Shown in pieces: positions 9,662-20,166 of a stretch of 64,000 nucleotides of DNA. This DNA comes from an uncultured delta proteobacterium (GTDB taxonomy: Bacteria; Desulfobacterota; Binatia; UBA9968). The stretch's first letter is position 1. Each line of letters begins with the position of its first letter. The stretch spans positions 480,001-544,000 of the forward strand of contig CAVYTU010000017.1 of assembly GCA_963771465.1 (NCBI GenBank), written 5' to 3'. Under the pieces are notes generated by a model. It did no database searches. It was not told the origin of the DNA and saw only the letters and a list, made by a program, of their open reading frames with translations. A program made the position numbers and the translations under genes.

Positions 9662-10425
9662 TAGAAAAACCTCACATCATAAATCACGCCGCTGGCGAGC
9701 AGGCGCACGTAAAGATCGGCCAGGCCCACCCAGACCAGGCTTACCCACGCATACTCCATATGTTTCTCATTGAGCCCGCTGATGAACGTCCAGGTTTTGT
9801 ACTTGCCGGGCGCGCTGTGAAACGAATTCAAATAGCCGCCGCAAACATGGCGGCAGGAGTTGCAGGAAAAGCTAAAAAGCGAGAGTAGCGCGGCGTTGAT
9901 ACCGAGAACGATGGTGCCGAGGCCCATGCCAAAGCCATCGGGGAAGCGGAAAGCGAGCAGAAAATCCCACCAAAGAAATGCCAGAATGAGCAACGAAAGA
10001 TAGAAAAAATAGCGATGAATATTTTGCAGCAGGAAAGGAAAGCGGGTTTCTCCGCTATAGCTCTTGGCCGCGTCGCGCACGGCGCACGCCGGCGGTGATT
10101 GAAAGAACGCGCGATAGTAAGCTTTGCGATAGTAATAACAGGTAGCGCGAAAACCGCCGGGCACCCAGAGGATCAAGAATGCCGGCGAGAGGTTCCACCA
10201 CGAACCGATTAGCGGCAGCGTCACATGGCTACAATTCGCCGAAATACACGGGGAATAAAAGGGTGACAGGTAAGGCGCCGCGTAGTAATTGGCGTTTTGC
10301 AACGCGGCCCAGGTCGCGTAGATGCCGAAACCGCCCAAGACCACGACTACCATCAGCGGCTCGACCCACCAATTGTCTTTTCTGAGGGTGCGAAATTGAT
10401 CCAGCGTCAGACTTTTATCAGCCAC
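9661..10425 (-). CDS. Succinate dehydrogenase membrane anchor, Sdh1 (Rv0249c-like) type
   Basis: Hydrophobic; YLSPFYSPC, FRATCYYYRKAYYR, SPPACAV and SCNSCRH; first gene of the sdh operon. Confidence 0.8.
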   Translation of the reverse strand: MADKSLTLDQFRTLRKDNWWVEPLMVVVVLGGFGIYATWAALQNANYYAAPYLSPFYSPCISANCSHVTLPLIGSWWNLSPAFLILWVPGGFRATCYYYRKAYYRAFFQSPPACAVRDAAKSYSGETRFPFLLQNIHRYFFYLSLLILAFLWWDFLLAFRFPDGFGMGLGTIVLGINAALLSLFSFSCNSCRHVCGGYLNSFHSAPGKYKTWTFISGLNEKHMEYAWVSLVWVGLADLYVRLLASGVIYDVRFF

Positions 10426-10970
10426 GAGTGTGATTCCTTTAGTCCGTAAATTTACCTAATCATTGATTCCGTATCTGGATGTCGTTTCCCTGTCAAGCAA
10501 GGACATCGGCGGTGAACTGCCCGCGCTCAGTCGGCATACGAGCGTGGTTTATCCCGTCACAATCAGCGAAAAAACCGCGCTTAGAATTTCATCGAAAATC
10601 GAAAAGAAGGTGACGAACGGTGCGGGGTGCGATCGCGTCGCCGGTCTACTTTGCTTGGTCCGCCGCGCAGGATTTACTCTCGCCGTTGCGGTTATTGATG
10701 CAAACGTGGAGAGGGCGGATATAAGGCTGCTGTCTTTCGATCATGGAACTCCCTTCCCGTGACAACTAGAATTTTTATAGCAGAAAAAAAAATCGATTGC
10801 ACGCGGGCGGTTACCGGGAAAGCCAGACATCAGCACGGTAATCTCTATCAACTAGCCACCCGATTGCGAAAATCAGGCCGCTATTTTGCGTGCTTGTGAG
10901 GACTCTGCCGGGGGGACCGTTTTCGCTGGGCGCTGCAGTTCAGATAATTGCATGCGCCGAGCGCGGCCGG

Positions 10971-11823
10971 TCAATGCTCGTAGGTTTCTGAAGTCGGCCG
11001 TTCGATGCCGAGATTTTGCATTTTATGAAACGAGCGCTCCTGCAGGACACGCAACATCTTGGCTTGGGTAGACAATGGCATGTCGCCAATTTCATCGAGA
11101 AAAAGTGAACCGGCCTGTTCGAATTTACCCCGGCGGCGGGCGATCGCCCCCGTAAAGGCCCCTTTTCGTGGCCGAACAGCTCGCTTTCGATCAGCATTTC
11201 CGTTAATGCTGCGCAGTTTACATCGACAAACGGTTTAACCGCGCGGCGGCTCGCAAAGTGCAGGGCCTTGGCGATTAGTTCTTTGCCCGTGCCACTCTCC
11301 CCGATGATTAGCACAGTCGCGTCTCGCCGCGCCGCGTGTTCGATCATATCTCGAACCTGCGTCATAGCAGCCGAGCTGCCGAGGATATGATCCAATCGAT
11401 AACGCTGGCCGACCTCTAGACGCAGCCTGCTTAATTCCTGCTGATGGCTGGAGAGCTTGATGGCGTTATTCAATGAGACAATCAATCGTTGGTGATCCAA
11501 AGGTTTACTCAGTAATCGATGGCGCTAGCTTGGATCGCTTTGACCGCGTCATCCACGGCATTCGAAGCCGGGACGACCAGCGCTGGCGTATCGGGTAAGC
11601 GCTGCCGTGCCTTTGCCACTAAATCCAACCCGCTAACATCAGGCAAGTGGAGATCGACGATCAAAACGTCGGGTTTTTCGTTTGCCAGCGCGACCAAAAA
11701 CTCTCTACCGGTGCCGACGACGTGGACATCGTATCCCGCCGCTTGTGCGATGGATTGTAGCAGCCGGCCTGACGGCGCATCATCTTCAACGTAGAGGATA
11801 TGCATCTTGCCAAAATCTTCCAT
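10971..11823 (-). pseudogene. Decayed NtrC-family sigma54 response regulator
   Basis: REC domain, GESGTGKEL and [10 protein letters not shown]. Frameshifts at about 11510 and 11160. The shifted frame reads GAFTGA...[24 protein letters not shown] and then jumps directly to an HTH-end-like HKMQNLGI. Confidence 0.85.
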
Positions 11824-11978
11824 CGTAGATCCCTTCGTTCAGCCCTTTTCAATGGATGTTTTGTTGTCCAGCTTGCCGGGGTCGTGCTAACTGGGATCAA
11901 TGAAATTGTCATCTGTCGCCGTTTTTAACGCAAGCTCTCGTTTCCTTAAATTACTCATTGTGCTAACTCAATTAATTG

Positions 11979-12668
11979 ATGAATGCCCTCGAAAAACTTA
12001 ATGTTGCGATTGTCCGCTGCCGCCGATGTCCACGGTTGGTTCGCTGGCGCGAAGCCTGCGCAAATGATCCGCCACGCCGATTCACTGGCCAGGACTATTG
12101 GGCAAAACCCCTGGCGGCATTCGGCGATCCTAAGGCGCGACTGTTGATTATCGGGCTTGCGCCGGCCGCTCACGGCGGCAATCGCACCGGGCGAATGTTC
12201 ACCGGTGATCGTAGCGGTGATTGGCTGTATGCAGCACTTCATAGCGCAGGATTTGCACTCCACCCGCACTCTAATCATCGCATGGACGGTCAAAAACTTA
12301 AGAATTGTCTTATTACGGCGGCGGTTCGCTGTGCGCCACCGGGCAACAAGCCCAGCTTAAGCGAGTTTAAACGCTGCCGCGCCTATTTGGTTCAGGAACT
12401 CGCGCTCATGCGCTCGCAGTTGGAGGTTGTCATAGTTCTCGGTAAGATCGCGTTCGATGCTTTTCTTAAGTCTTATCAAGAGGATGGCTGCGCGTTGCCC
12501 AAACCGCGCCCGAAGTTTGGCCATGGGGTCGCAATTCGACTGCCAGCTGGGCCATTGTTAATTTGCTCGTATCATCCGAGCCAGCAGAATACCTTTACCG
12601 GCAAGCTGACGCGGCCTATGTTTGATGCAGTCTTCGAACGGGCGCGCGCGGCGCTAGAAAAAGAATAG
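11979..12668 (+). CDS. Uracil-DNA glycosylase, family 5 (UdgB-like)
   Basis: CRRCPRL, GLAPAAHGGNRTGRMFTGDRSG, RCAPPGNKP and YHPSQQNT. Confidence 0.93.
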   Translation: MNALEKLNVAIVRCRRCPRLVRWREACANDPPRRFTGQDYWAKPLAAFGDPKARLLIIGLAPAAHGGNRTGRMFTGDRSGDWLYAALHSAGFALHPHSNHRMDGQKLKNCLITAAVRCAPPGNKPSLSEFKRCRAYLVQELALMRSQLEVVIVLGKIAFDAFLKSYQEDGCALPKPRPKFGHGVAIRLPAGPLLICSYHPSQQNTFTGKLTRPMFDAVFERARAALEKE

Positions 12669-12760
12669 GTGGTCGGCCTTTGGCGCGGTGTTTCAACGGC
12701 TCAAGAGTTCAAGGTTCAGGATCGGAGTGAGAAATGTAGGACGCGCTGAAGGGGGCGAGG

Positions 12761-15649
12761 ATGAGCGTTAGCAGGGATTATTTTGAGATCGAGACGGAGC
12801 TTAAAAAGCGCGTCGAAGGGGATATTCACTTCGACAAGTTTTCGCGCCTGCTGTATTCCACCGATGCGTCGATTTATCAGATCGAGCCAATCGGCGTCGT
12901 GGTGCCGCGCCACAAACGTGATGTTCAGGCGGTGATCGAAGTCGCCAACCGCTTGGGCGTGTCGGTGTTATCGCGCGGCGGCGGCACTTCGCTGGCCGGA
13001 CAAGCGGTGGGCCATTCGATCGTCGTCGATTTCTCCAAATACATGCACAACGTCCTCGAAGTGAACCGCGAGGAGCTTTGGTGCCGCGTCGAGCCGGGTT
13101 TGGTGCAAGATGAATTGAACGCGCACGTGCGCGGCGCCGGCCTCCAGTTTGGCCCCGATACCTCGACTGCAAATCGAGCGACGATCGGCGGCATGGTCGG
13201 CAACAATTCCTCCGGCGCCCATTCTCTCACCTACGGTAAAACCTTGGATCACGTCCTCGAGCTGACCGTGTTGCTCGCCGATGGCAGCGAAGTCGTCCTG
13301 AAAGATCTATCGCCGTCTGAAGTGGAGCGCAGAAGCAAAGCCGACACGATCGAAGGACATGCTTATCGCGAAGTGTTGCGCTCGGCGCAACAAAACAAGC
13401 ACGAAATCCTGGCGCGCTATCCAAAAATCATGCGCCGCGTCTCAGGCTACAATTTAGACGAATTCATCAAACCACAGCCTTTCAACCTCGCGCGCATGAT
13501 CACGGGCTCTGAAGGAACATTGGCGACCATCGTCGAGGCCAAGATGCGTCTGGTGCCGAAACCGAAATGGACGGCCATGGATGTGATTCATTTCAACGAC
13601 GAGATCGCGGCGCTGGAGTGTGCGCAGATCGTCTTGCAAACCAAGCCTTACGCGATGGAGTCGACGGACAAAATGATTCTCAATCTGGCGCGCGGCAATA
13701 TCGAGCAGTCGCGCAAGTTGGGGTTTGTCCAGGGAACGCCGGATTCTTTGCTTATGGTCGAGTACGCTGGCGAGACCGAAGCCGATGTTAGAGCCCAGGT
13801 GGAGAAACTCGAAGACGTCCGCAAGCGCGAGAAGATTGGCTATGCCTCGACCTTGGCGTTCAGGCCGGAAGAAGTCAAAGCGATCTGGGGTGTGCGCAAA
13901 GCCGGATTGGGTCTCTTGCTCGGCACCAAGGGCGACAAGAAGCCGATCGCCTTCGTCGAAGACACCGCGGTGGAACCGGCCAGGTTGCCGGAGTTTATCA
14001 AACGTTTTCGCGAAGTCGTCGCGCGCCACGATACCGTGGCCGGCTATTACGGCCATTGCTCGGTTGGCTGTATGCACATCCGCCCGCTGATCAATCTCAA
14101 GGACGAGAGCGAGCGGAAAAAGATGGTTTCCATCGCCAACGCGATTTCCGATCTCGTGTTGGAGTTCAACGGCTCCATGTCGGGCGAGCATGGCGACGGT
14201 CTGGCGCGTAGCCACTTTAATCAAAAGCTGTTCGGCCCGGCGCTTTACGAAGCGTTTCGCCAGGTGAAGCGCGCCTTCGATCCAAAAAATATCATGAACC
14301 CCGGCAAGATCGTCGATGCGCCGGCGATGACCGAGTCGCTGAAGATTAGCCCGCAATATAAAACCTGGGAACCGCGCACGACTTTGGATTTTGCTGAACA
14401 GGGCGGCTTCGCGCGTGCCGTCGAAATGTGCAGCGGCATGGGCGAGTGCCGCAAGAAACTCGACGGCACCATGTGTCCGTCCTACATGGGCACCCTCGAC
14501 GAAGAGCACTCGACGCGCGGCCGGGCCAATGCGCTGCGCAACGTGATCGCCGGTCTGGTTCCCAAAGAAGAATTCACCGGCAAGCGTCTGTACGACGTGA
14601 TGGATCTCTGTCTCGAATGCAAAGCGTGCAAGGCCGAGTGCCCGTCCAACGTCGATATGGCGAAATTAAAATACGAATTTCTCGACCACTACCATCGCGC
14701 CAATGGTTTGCCGTTGCGCAATCGAATATTCGGTGCCATCGAGACGCTCAATCGTTTGGGTTCAGCGCTTGCGCCGGTTTCCAACTGGATCGCCAACTCA
14801 TTGCCGAATCGCTGGTTGCTGGAAATCTTCACCGGCATCGATCACCGCCGGCCATTGCCGCAGTTCGCCAGCGAGAGTTTTGAAGCTTGGTTTGCCACGC
14901 ACAAGGTCGTAGGGGATGGCGCAAACGGGGAAGTAGTTTTGTTCCACGATACCTTTAATAACTACAACACGCCGAACGTCGCCATCGCGGCGACGCGTTT
15001 TTTGGAAAAATCGGGTTATCGCGTCTTGCTGGTCGACAAAAAGTGCTGCGGCCGGCCGATGATTTCCAAGGGGATGCTCAGCCAAGCCAAAGAAAATGCC
15101 GCTTGGAACGTGGAAAAACTCGCGCCGTTCGCCGGCAAGGGAACGCCGATTATCGGATTGGAGCCGTCGTGCTTGCTCACGCTGCGCGACGAATATTCCG
15201 AGTTCGTCCGCACCGAAGCAGCAAAGTTAGTCGCGGCGAACAGTTTTCTGCTCGAAGAATTCGTTATGCGCGAAGTGAACGCGGGCAAAATAGATTTCAA
15301 TTCGAATGCCAAAGGTAAGAAGGCATTGTTGCACGGCCACTGTCATCAAAAAGCTCTAGTCGGCACCGCGCCGACGGTGGCGATGCTCAAAGCCGCGGGC
15401 TACGAAGTGAGTGAAGTCGACTCAGGCTGCTGCGGCATGGCGGGATCGTTTGGCTTTGAGAAAGAGCATTACGAATTGTCGACCAAGATCGGCAACCGCC
15501 GACTCGTGCCGGCGGTCAAAGCAGTTGGCGCGGACGTTGAGGTCGTCGCTCCAGGGATATCTTGTCGCCAGCAGATCGATCATCTGGCGGGTAGACGTGC
15601 GAAGCATCCGGCGGAGTTGTTATGGGAAGTGCTGAGTGCAGAGTGCTGA
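12761..15649 (+). CDS. FAD-binding and Fe-S-binding oxidoreductase (YdiJ-like; GlcD plus GlpC/CCG domains)
   Basis: [48 protein letters not shown] and CCGMAGSFG. Confidence 0.92.
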   Translation: MSVSRDYFEIETELKKRVEGDIHFDKFSRLLYSTDASIYQIEPIGVVVPRHKRDVQAVIEVANRLGVSVLSRGGGTSLAGQAVGHSIVVDFSKYMHNVLEVNREELWCRVEPGLVQDELNAHVRGAGLQFGPDTSTANRATIGGMVGNNSSGAHSLTYGKTLDHVLELTVLLADGSEVVLKDLSPSEVERRSKADTIEGHAYREVLRSAQQNKHEILARYPKIMRRVSGYNLDEFIKPQPFNLARMITGSEGTLATIVEAKMRLVPKPKWTAMDVIHFNDEIAALECAQIVLQTKPYAMESTDKMILNLARGNIEQSRKLGFVQGTPDSLLMVEYAGETEADVRAQVEKLEDVRKREKIGYASTLAFRPEEVKAIWGVRKAGLGLLLGTKGDKKPIAFVEDTAVEPARLPEFIKRFREVVARHDTVAGYYGHCSVGCMHIRPLINLKDESERKKMVSIANAISDLVLEFNGSMSGEHGDGLARSHFNQKLFGPALYEAFRQVKRAFDPKNIMNPGKIVDAPAMTESLKISPQYKTWEPRTTLDFAEQGGFARAVEMCSGMGECRKKLDGTMCPSYMGTLDEEHSTRGRANALRNVIAGLVPKEEFTGKRLYDVMDLCLECKACKAECPSNVDMAKLKYEFLDHYHRANGLPLRNRIFGAIETLNRLGSALAPVSNWIANSLPNRWLLEIFTGIDHRRPLPQFASESFEAWFATHKVVGDGANGEVVLFHDTFNNYNTPNVAIAATRFLEKSGYRVLLVDKKCCGRPMISKGMLSQAKENAAWNVEKLAPFAGKGTPIIGLEPSCLLTLRDEYSEFVRTEAAKLVAANSFLLEEFVMREVNAGKIDFNSNAKGKKALLHGHCHQKALVGTAPTVAMLKAAGYEVSEVDSGCCGMAGSFGFEKEHYELSTKIGNRRLVPAVKAVGADVEVVAPGISCRQQIDHLAGRRAKHPAELLWEVLSAEC

Positions 15650-15657
15650 GTCCTGAG
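15628..15657 (+). repeat. Heptamer tandem repeat (AGTGCTG-type x4), left arm
   Basis: agtgctg agtgcag agtgctg agtcctg ag; includes the TGA stop of the upstream gene. Confidence 0.85.
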
Positions 15658-15675
15658 AAAGAGGTGATCGCAGTT

Positions 15676-16077
15676 ATGACCAGTGACACAGGAAGAAAAG
15701 TTGAAAAGTTTGAAGATTTGATCGCTTGGCAAAGGGCTCGTGGATTGACGATGAAAATATATCAAGTGAGCCGAAAAGGTGAGTTCGGCAGAGACTACCG
15801 ATTGTCAGGCCAGATTCAAGGAGCGGCCGTATCGGTCATGTCCAACATCGCTGAAGGATTTGAGCGCGGTGGTTTCGGTGAGTTCCATCAGTTTCTGTCG
15901 ACCGCAAAGGCGTCGTGCGCCGAAGTTCGATCGCAACTATACGTTGCACTCGATGTCGGCTACATAAACGATAAGTCATTTCAGGAATTACGCGATCAAG
16001 CGGAACAGGTCGGTCGGATTGTCGGCGGTCTGAGAGCTTCAATTGCGAGGCTAAGACGAGCAAGAAGTCCTGACTAA
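15676..16077 (+). CDS. Four-helix-bundle protein (23S rRNA IVS-protein family)
   Basis: [45 protein letters not shown]; GAGGTG RBS. Confidence 0.92.
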   Translation: MTSDTGRKVEKFEDLIAWQRARGLTMKIYQVSRKGEFGRDYRLSGQIQGAAVSVMSNIAEGFERGGFGEFHQFLSTAKASCAEVRSQLYVALDVGYINDKSFQELRDQAEQVGRIVGGLRASIARLRRARSPD

Positions 16078-16109
16078 AAAGTGCTGACGAAGGCGGCCTT
16101 CTATCCTAA

Positions 16110-16140
16110 CTCAGGACTCAGCACTCAGGACTCACAACTC
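16110..16140 (-). repeat. Heptamer tandem repeat, right (inverted) arm
   Basis: 16110-16126 ctcaggactcagcactc is the exact reverse complement of 15641-15657. Confidence 0.85.
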
Positions 16141-16199
16141 GTTGCCCGGAACTCACGTTTCAGCTTGACCCTATTGGCCGAAAAACTAATAATTGCTTT

Positions 16200-17399
16200 A
16201 TGGCAAAATCATTTCTACGCGTGGCCGTACTCTTGACGTTAGCGTTTCAGTTGGTCGGTTGCGCCGGCCAAGGATTAGATGGGCCTGCAGGACAAACCCC
16301 GGCGCCTGCGCCGGCTGCGCCCAAGCCGCCGCCACCCGCGCCGCTTCCTGAATATCGTGGACCGGCGACGCGGTCGTTCTTGATGGGATTTACCCAGTGG
16401 CCGGCCGATCTCACTGACGAGGGAATCGCGATCGCTCGCGATTACGCTCACGCGCACGGTGATATCGTTTCAGTGACATTCATCGGCGGTATTCCGTGGC
16501 CTGAAGCGTACGACGGCAAGCCATTCTCCAAGGACGTTCAAGACAATATGAGTTACCGCCCGCCGGCGGGTACGAAGCTGTTTCTTTCGATCTCGCCGCT
16601 CAATAAAGATCGCCGCGCGCTCGCGCCTTATTGGGGCGACGCGGAGAATCAGCCCTTGCCGAAACCTTGGGACACAGAGCCGCTCAATAGTCCGAAGGTC
16701 AAGCGGGCATTTCTCAATTTCGTCCTGCGCGCGGTGGACACTATGCGGCCGGATTTTCTCGCCATCGGTGTCGAATCCAATATCTTGTTGTCGCGCGACC
16801 TCAACACGTGGCGGCAGTTGAAAGAACTGCATCGCGACACCTACACCGCGGTTAAAAAGGTGCACAAAGGGCTGCCGGTTTTCTTCACCACCGATGTGCT
16901 GCACTACCGCCGCTTGACGCGTGACGCGAAAGGATCGGATCAGGAAAAAGAAGTTGCTGAAATGATGCGCTACAGCGACCGATTTGCCATGAGCCTTTAT
17001 CCGCATATGAGCCCGGAAGTTCCGCGGCCTATAACGGCGAGCTTCCTCGAGTTCGCAACCCGTTTCAAGAAAACCATCGTTGTCGCCGAAAGCGGCATGA
17101 CGTCACGCAACGTCGATCTCAAATCCTACGGCGCCACGTTGTTTGGTTCAGACGCAGACCAAATGCATTTCATCGAGACATTGCTCAAGACGGCGGCGCG
17201 CGACAATTACGAGTTCGTCATCAACTTTTCCACCACCGACTCCGATCGTCTGGTCGCCCGACTACGCCCGCCGCTCGATGACCTCGCGCGCATCTGGGCT
17301 TACACCGGCATGCAAACCAGCGACAATCATCCCAAGCCGGCGTCCGCGGTGTGGGACGGTTATTTTCGCGCCAAGTATGAGCAGGGGAAGTGGTGGTGA
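16200..17399 (+). CDS. Lipoprotein with a glycoside-hydrolase-like domain
   Basis: Lipobox LVGC, Pro/Ala linker, AIGVESN and VVAESG resembling the clan GH-A Glu motifs. Confidence 0.65.
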   Translation: MAKSFLRVAVLLTLAFQLVGCAGQGLDGPAGQTPAPAPAAPKPPPPAPLPEYRGPATRSFLMGFTQWPADLTDEGIAIARDYAHAHGDIVSVTFIGGIPWPEAYDGKPFSKDVQDNMSYRPPAGTKLFLSISPLNKDRRALAPYWGDAENQPLPKPWDTEPLNSPKVKRAFLNFVLRAVDTMRPDFLAIGVESNILLSRDLNTWRQLKELHRDTYTAVKKVHKGLPVFFTTDVLHYRRLTRDAKGSDQEKEVAEMMRYSDRFAMSLYPHMSPEVPRPITASFLEFATRFKKTIVVAESGMTSRNVDLKSYGATLFGSDADQMHFIETLLKTAARDNYEFVINFSTTDSDRLVARLRPPLDDLARIWAYTGMQTSDNHPKPASAVWDGYFRAKYEQGKWW

Positions 17400-17652
17400 T
17401 TCTCAGCGGTGAAATCTTATGCCTGAAACTCTACTCTTCGCTTTCTGGTTTGCTGAAGTCATCTTTTTTCTATGCGCAGCGGCATAGGTCCTTGGTCAGA
17501 GGAATTCGTACCCCGGTACGTCTGGTTCGGTTTGGCTGGAGCGATGATTCTGCTCGCCCTTTTGGTTTTGGGCATACGTCGACTTCAAGCGGAATCTGAT
17601 TCGTAACTTCACCCGTCAGCACTCTTGCAGGAACTATTAGCATAGAGTTGGT

Positions 17653-17985
17653 TCACGTTGACTTGATTAACGAGTAAAACAGCACCAGCTCTTCATTTCT
17701 CCCCGCCCCGAAATCATGCGGCGTCCCTTTTGGAATGTGGCAGACGACGCCAGGCCGCAACGGGATGCGTTTGCCGTTGACGCGCAGCTGACCTGTGCCT
17801 TTGATGACGTGGCAGACGACGTCTTTGTCGTCGTGCTTGATCTGTTTGCGGTCTGAATGTTTGGTCGGGCGGAAAGCGATCAGGCCGCTGGTGAATTGCT
17901 TTTCTTTGAAGCAATCGGCGTAACGGATTTCGTCGTTGAGTTTCTTGAGGTTCTTTAACGCGGAATTGAGTTTGACAATTTTCAT
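17653..17985 (-). CDS. Cupin domain protein
   Basis: HDDKDVVCHVIKGTG and HIPKGTPHDF. Confidence 0.8.
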   Translation of the reverse strand: MKIVKLNSALKNLKKLNDEIRYADCFKEKQFTSGLIAFRPTKHSDRKQIKHDDKDVVCHVIKGTGQLRVNGKRIPLRPGVVCHIPKGTPHDFGAGRNEELVLFYSLIKST

Positions 17986-18032
17986 GGCGCGGAAATGGCG
18001 CAGCATGCTGCGCCCTACGGTTGCTGATGGGG

Positions 18033-18980
18033 CTATTCAGTTACCGCGGCTAAAATTTCTTTGATCGCCTGTTCGGCTTGCTCATTCGGTACGCGGCTCG
18101 AGCCGACGACTTTGTGGCCGCCGCCGCCGTATTTCTTTAACAACTCGCCGACGTTCACATTTGAGGTTGGGTTGAAGATGTTGTAGCCGACCGAGATCGC
18201 GGTGGTGTTTTCGCGTTGGCTGTCGTGGGCGACTTTGACTTGGATATTGCCCTTGGGAAACAGTGTGAAGATTAAGAATCGATTGCCATCCGGAATTTCC
18301 TTGACGCCGCGCAGATCGCAATAGATGACGTTGCCTTTATAAGTCGTTCGTTCAAGCAATAGCTTGCGTAGTTTCTCCTGTTCGTTTTGGATTTGTTGGC
18401 AGCGTTGCTTGATTTCCGGATCGCTCAACGTTTCTTCGAGCGTGGTGTCGCGAAGTAGATTGATTACCTTCAACCAATAGGGTTCGTCGCCGGCATTCCT
18501 GCCATCCGTGGTCATGGAGATCAGCACGTAGCCTTGCGGATTGAGCACGTCTTCTTTTTCCAGCTTGCCGGCATCGATGCGGTCGGCTTCATGCATCAAG
18601 TGCTGCATGCGCGCCGTACCGAGAAACGCTGCAACTTGTTCAGGCGCAGTCGAATTGCCCGTTATCTGGTGCGCATTGCTTAGGTCCGTATAATATTCGA
18701 AGACCACCCGCGCCGCGCTGGGCGCCAAGCGAAAGCCGCCTCTACCGAGGATGATCGGCGTTGCGAAATTAGGCGTCGTGTTGGTGATGTGGTGATCGAA
18801 CCAGAGCGTGCAGTTGGGATGATAGGGCAGGTTGGTGATGATGTCGCCGTTGCGAATTTCAACTAGGCCGTCCTGCATGAACTTGGGCTCGACGTAGAGA
18901 TAGTCGTCGATTTGTTCGAACTTGGTGATGAGTGCGCCGCAGACGAGGCCGTCGAAGTCGGCGCGGGTGACGAGTCTCAT
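18033..18980 (-). CDS. DHH-superfamily phosphoesterase (exopolyphosphatase-like)
   Basis: RLVTRADFDGL, FDHH, APSAARV and YGGGGH. Confidence 0.85.
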   Translation of the reverse strand: MRLVTRADFDGLVCGALITKFEQIDDYLYVEPKFMQDGLVEIRNGDIITNLPYHPNCTLWFDHHITNTTPNFATPIILGRGGFRLAPSAARVVFEYYTDLSNAHQITGNSTAPEQVAAFLGTARMQHLMHEADRIDAGKLEKEDVLNPQGYVLISMTTDGRNAGDEPYWLKVINLLRDTTLEETLSDPEIKQRCQQIQNEQEKLRKLLLERTTYKGNVIYCDLRGVKEIPDGNRFLIFTLFPKGNIQVKVAHDSQRENTTAISVGYNIFNPTSNVNVGELLKKYGGGGHKVVGSSRVPNEQAEQAIKEILAAVTE

Positions 18981-20095
18981 GTGCGGATAACCTCGTCCAC
19001 CGGCGTCCAGGGGAGATTGAATGCTGCGGCGACCCCTTCGTAGGTGACTTTGCCGTCGAAAGTGTTGAGCCCTTTAGCCAGCGCCTTGTTTCTGGCGAGC
19101 GCTTGGGGAAAGCCGCGGTTCGCTAACTCTAAGCCGTAAGTCAGTGTGGAATTCGTCAGCGCGTAGGTCGACGTGTGCGGCACGATGGCCGGCATATTCG
19201 TGACGCAGTAGTGGACCAATTCTTCTTCGACGTAAATCGGCGCGAGGTGTGTCGTCGGACGGGAAGTCTCGGCGCTGCCGCCTTGATCAATGGCGATATC
19301 GATGAACGCCGCGCCGGGCTTCATTCTTTTCGCGAGTGTGCGCGGAATGAGTTTGGGCGCCTGGGCGCCGGGGATCAAGACCGAGCCAATGACCAAATCG
19401 GCGTCGAGCACCGCTTCTTCGACATTAGCGCGGTTCGACATCAGCGTCGTCACATGACCGCCGAGGATGTCGTGCACGTAGCGCAGCTTGGTCGGATTGA
19501 TATCGAGAATGCTAACGTAAGCGCCCATGCCGGCGGCGACCTGGCACGCCGCGGTGCCGGACATGCCGGCGCCGATAATGACGACATTGGCGGGACGAAC
19601 GCCTGAGGCGCCGCCCAATAAAATTCCTCTCCCGCCGTTTTCTGCCTGCAAACACCACGCGCCGACTTGAATCGACAGCCGTCCGGCGATCTCGCTCATC
19701 GGCGCGAGCAAAGGCAACGAACCGTCGTCGAGCTGTATGGTTTCGTAAGCGATCGCCGTGACTTTACGTTCGAGCAACGCGCGGGTGACCGACTCGCTAG
19801 CGGCGAGGTGAAGATAAGTAAAAAGGATCACGCCGCTGCGCATGAGCGGAAACTCGGACTGCTGCGGCTCCTTGACCTTCATGATCATGTCCGCTCGATC
19901 CCAAACTTCTTTAGCGGACTCAACGATCGTCGCACCGGCGGCTCGATAAGCGCCGTCGGTCAATCCGCTACCGCTGCCGGCGTTTTCCTGAATCAGCACC
20001 TGATGCTTGCGCGCGACGAAACCAGCGACTCCGGTAGGCGTGACCGCAACGCGATTCTCTTCGGTTTTGATTTCCTTTGGAACGCCGATGATCAT
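18977..20095 (-). CDS. ald: Alanine dehydrogenase
   Basis: GVPKEIK, KVKEP, FTYLHLA, LPLLAPMSEIAGR, DIAIDQGG and HYCVTNMP. Confidence 0.95.
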   Translation of the reverse strand: MIIGVPKEIKTEENRVAVTPTGVAGFVARKHQVLIQENAGSGSGLTDGAYRAAGATIVESAKEVWDRADMIMKVKEPQQSEFPLMRSGVILFTYLHLAASESVTRALLERKVTAIAYETIQLDDGSLPLLAPMSEIAGRLSIQVGAWCLQAENGGRGILLGGASGVRPANVVIIGAGMSGTAACQVAAGMGAYVSILDINPTKLRYVHDILGGHVTTLMSNRANVEEAVLDADLVIGSVLIPGAQAPKLIPRTLAKRMKPGAAFIDIAIDQGGSAETSRPTTHLAPIYVEEELVHYCVTNMPAIVPHTSTYALTNSTLTYGLELANRGFPQALARNKALAKGLNTFDGKVTYEGVAAAFNLPWTPVDEVIRT

Positions 20096-20116
20096 TGATC
20101 AAAGGCTACGTGAAGG

Positions 20117-20158
20117 AATGGAAAAATGCAAAATGCAAAATGGAGAATGGAGAACGAG
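20117..20158. repeat. Intergenic heptamer tandem repeat (AATGCAA/AATGGAG), single arm
   Basis: aatggaaa aatgcaa aatgcaa aatggag aatggag aacgag. Confidence 0.7.
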
Positions 20159-20166
20159 AAGAGGTA

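Noticed and set aside
13454-14509. 351-aa minus-strand ORF (likewise 48662-49702 and 28938-29717 on the plus strand)
   Set aside because: They overlap well-supported genes on the opposite strand and have no recognisable motifs.
15628-16140. Heptamer repeats as a CRISPR array, or the four-helix protein as part of a DGR
   Set aside because: There are no spacers or cas genes, and no reverse transcriptase or TR/VR pair in the window.
17400-17640. Hydrophobic peptide fragments (..YVWFGLAGAMILLALLVLGIRR..)
   Set aside because: No continuous ORF with start and RBS; it may be a remnant but cannot be supported.
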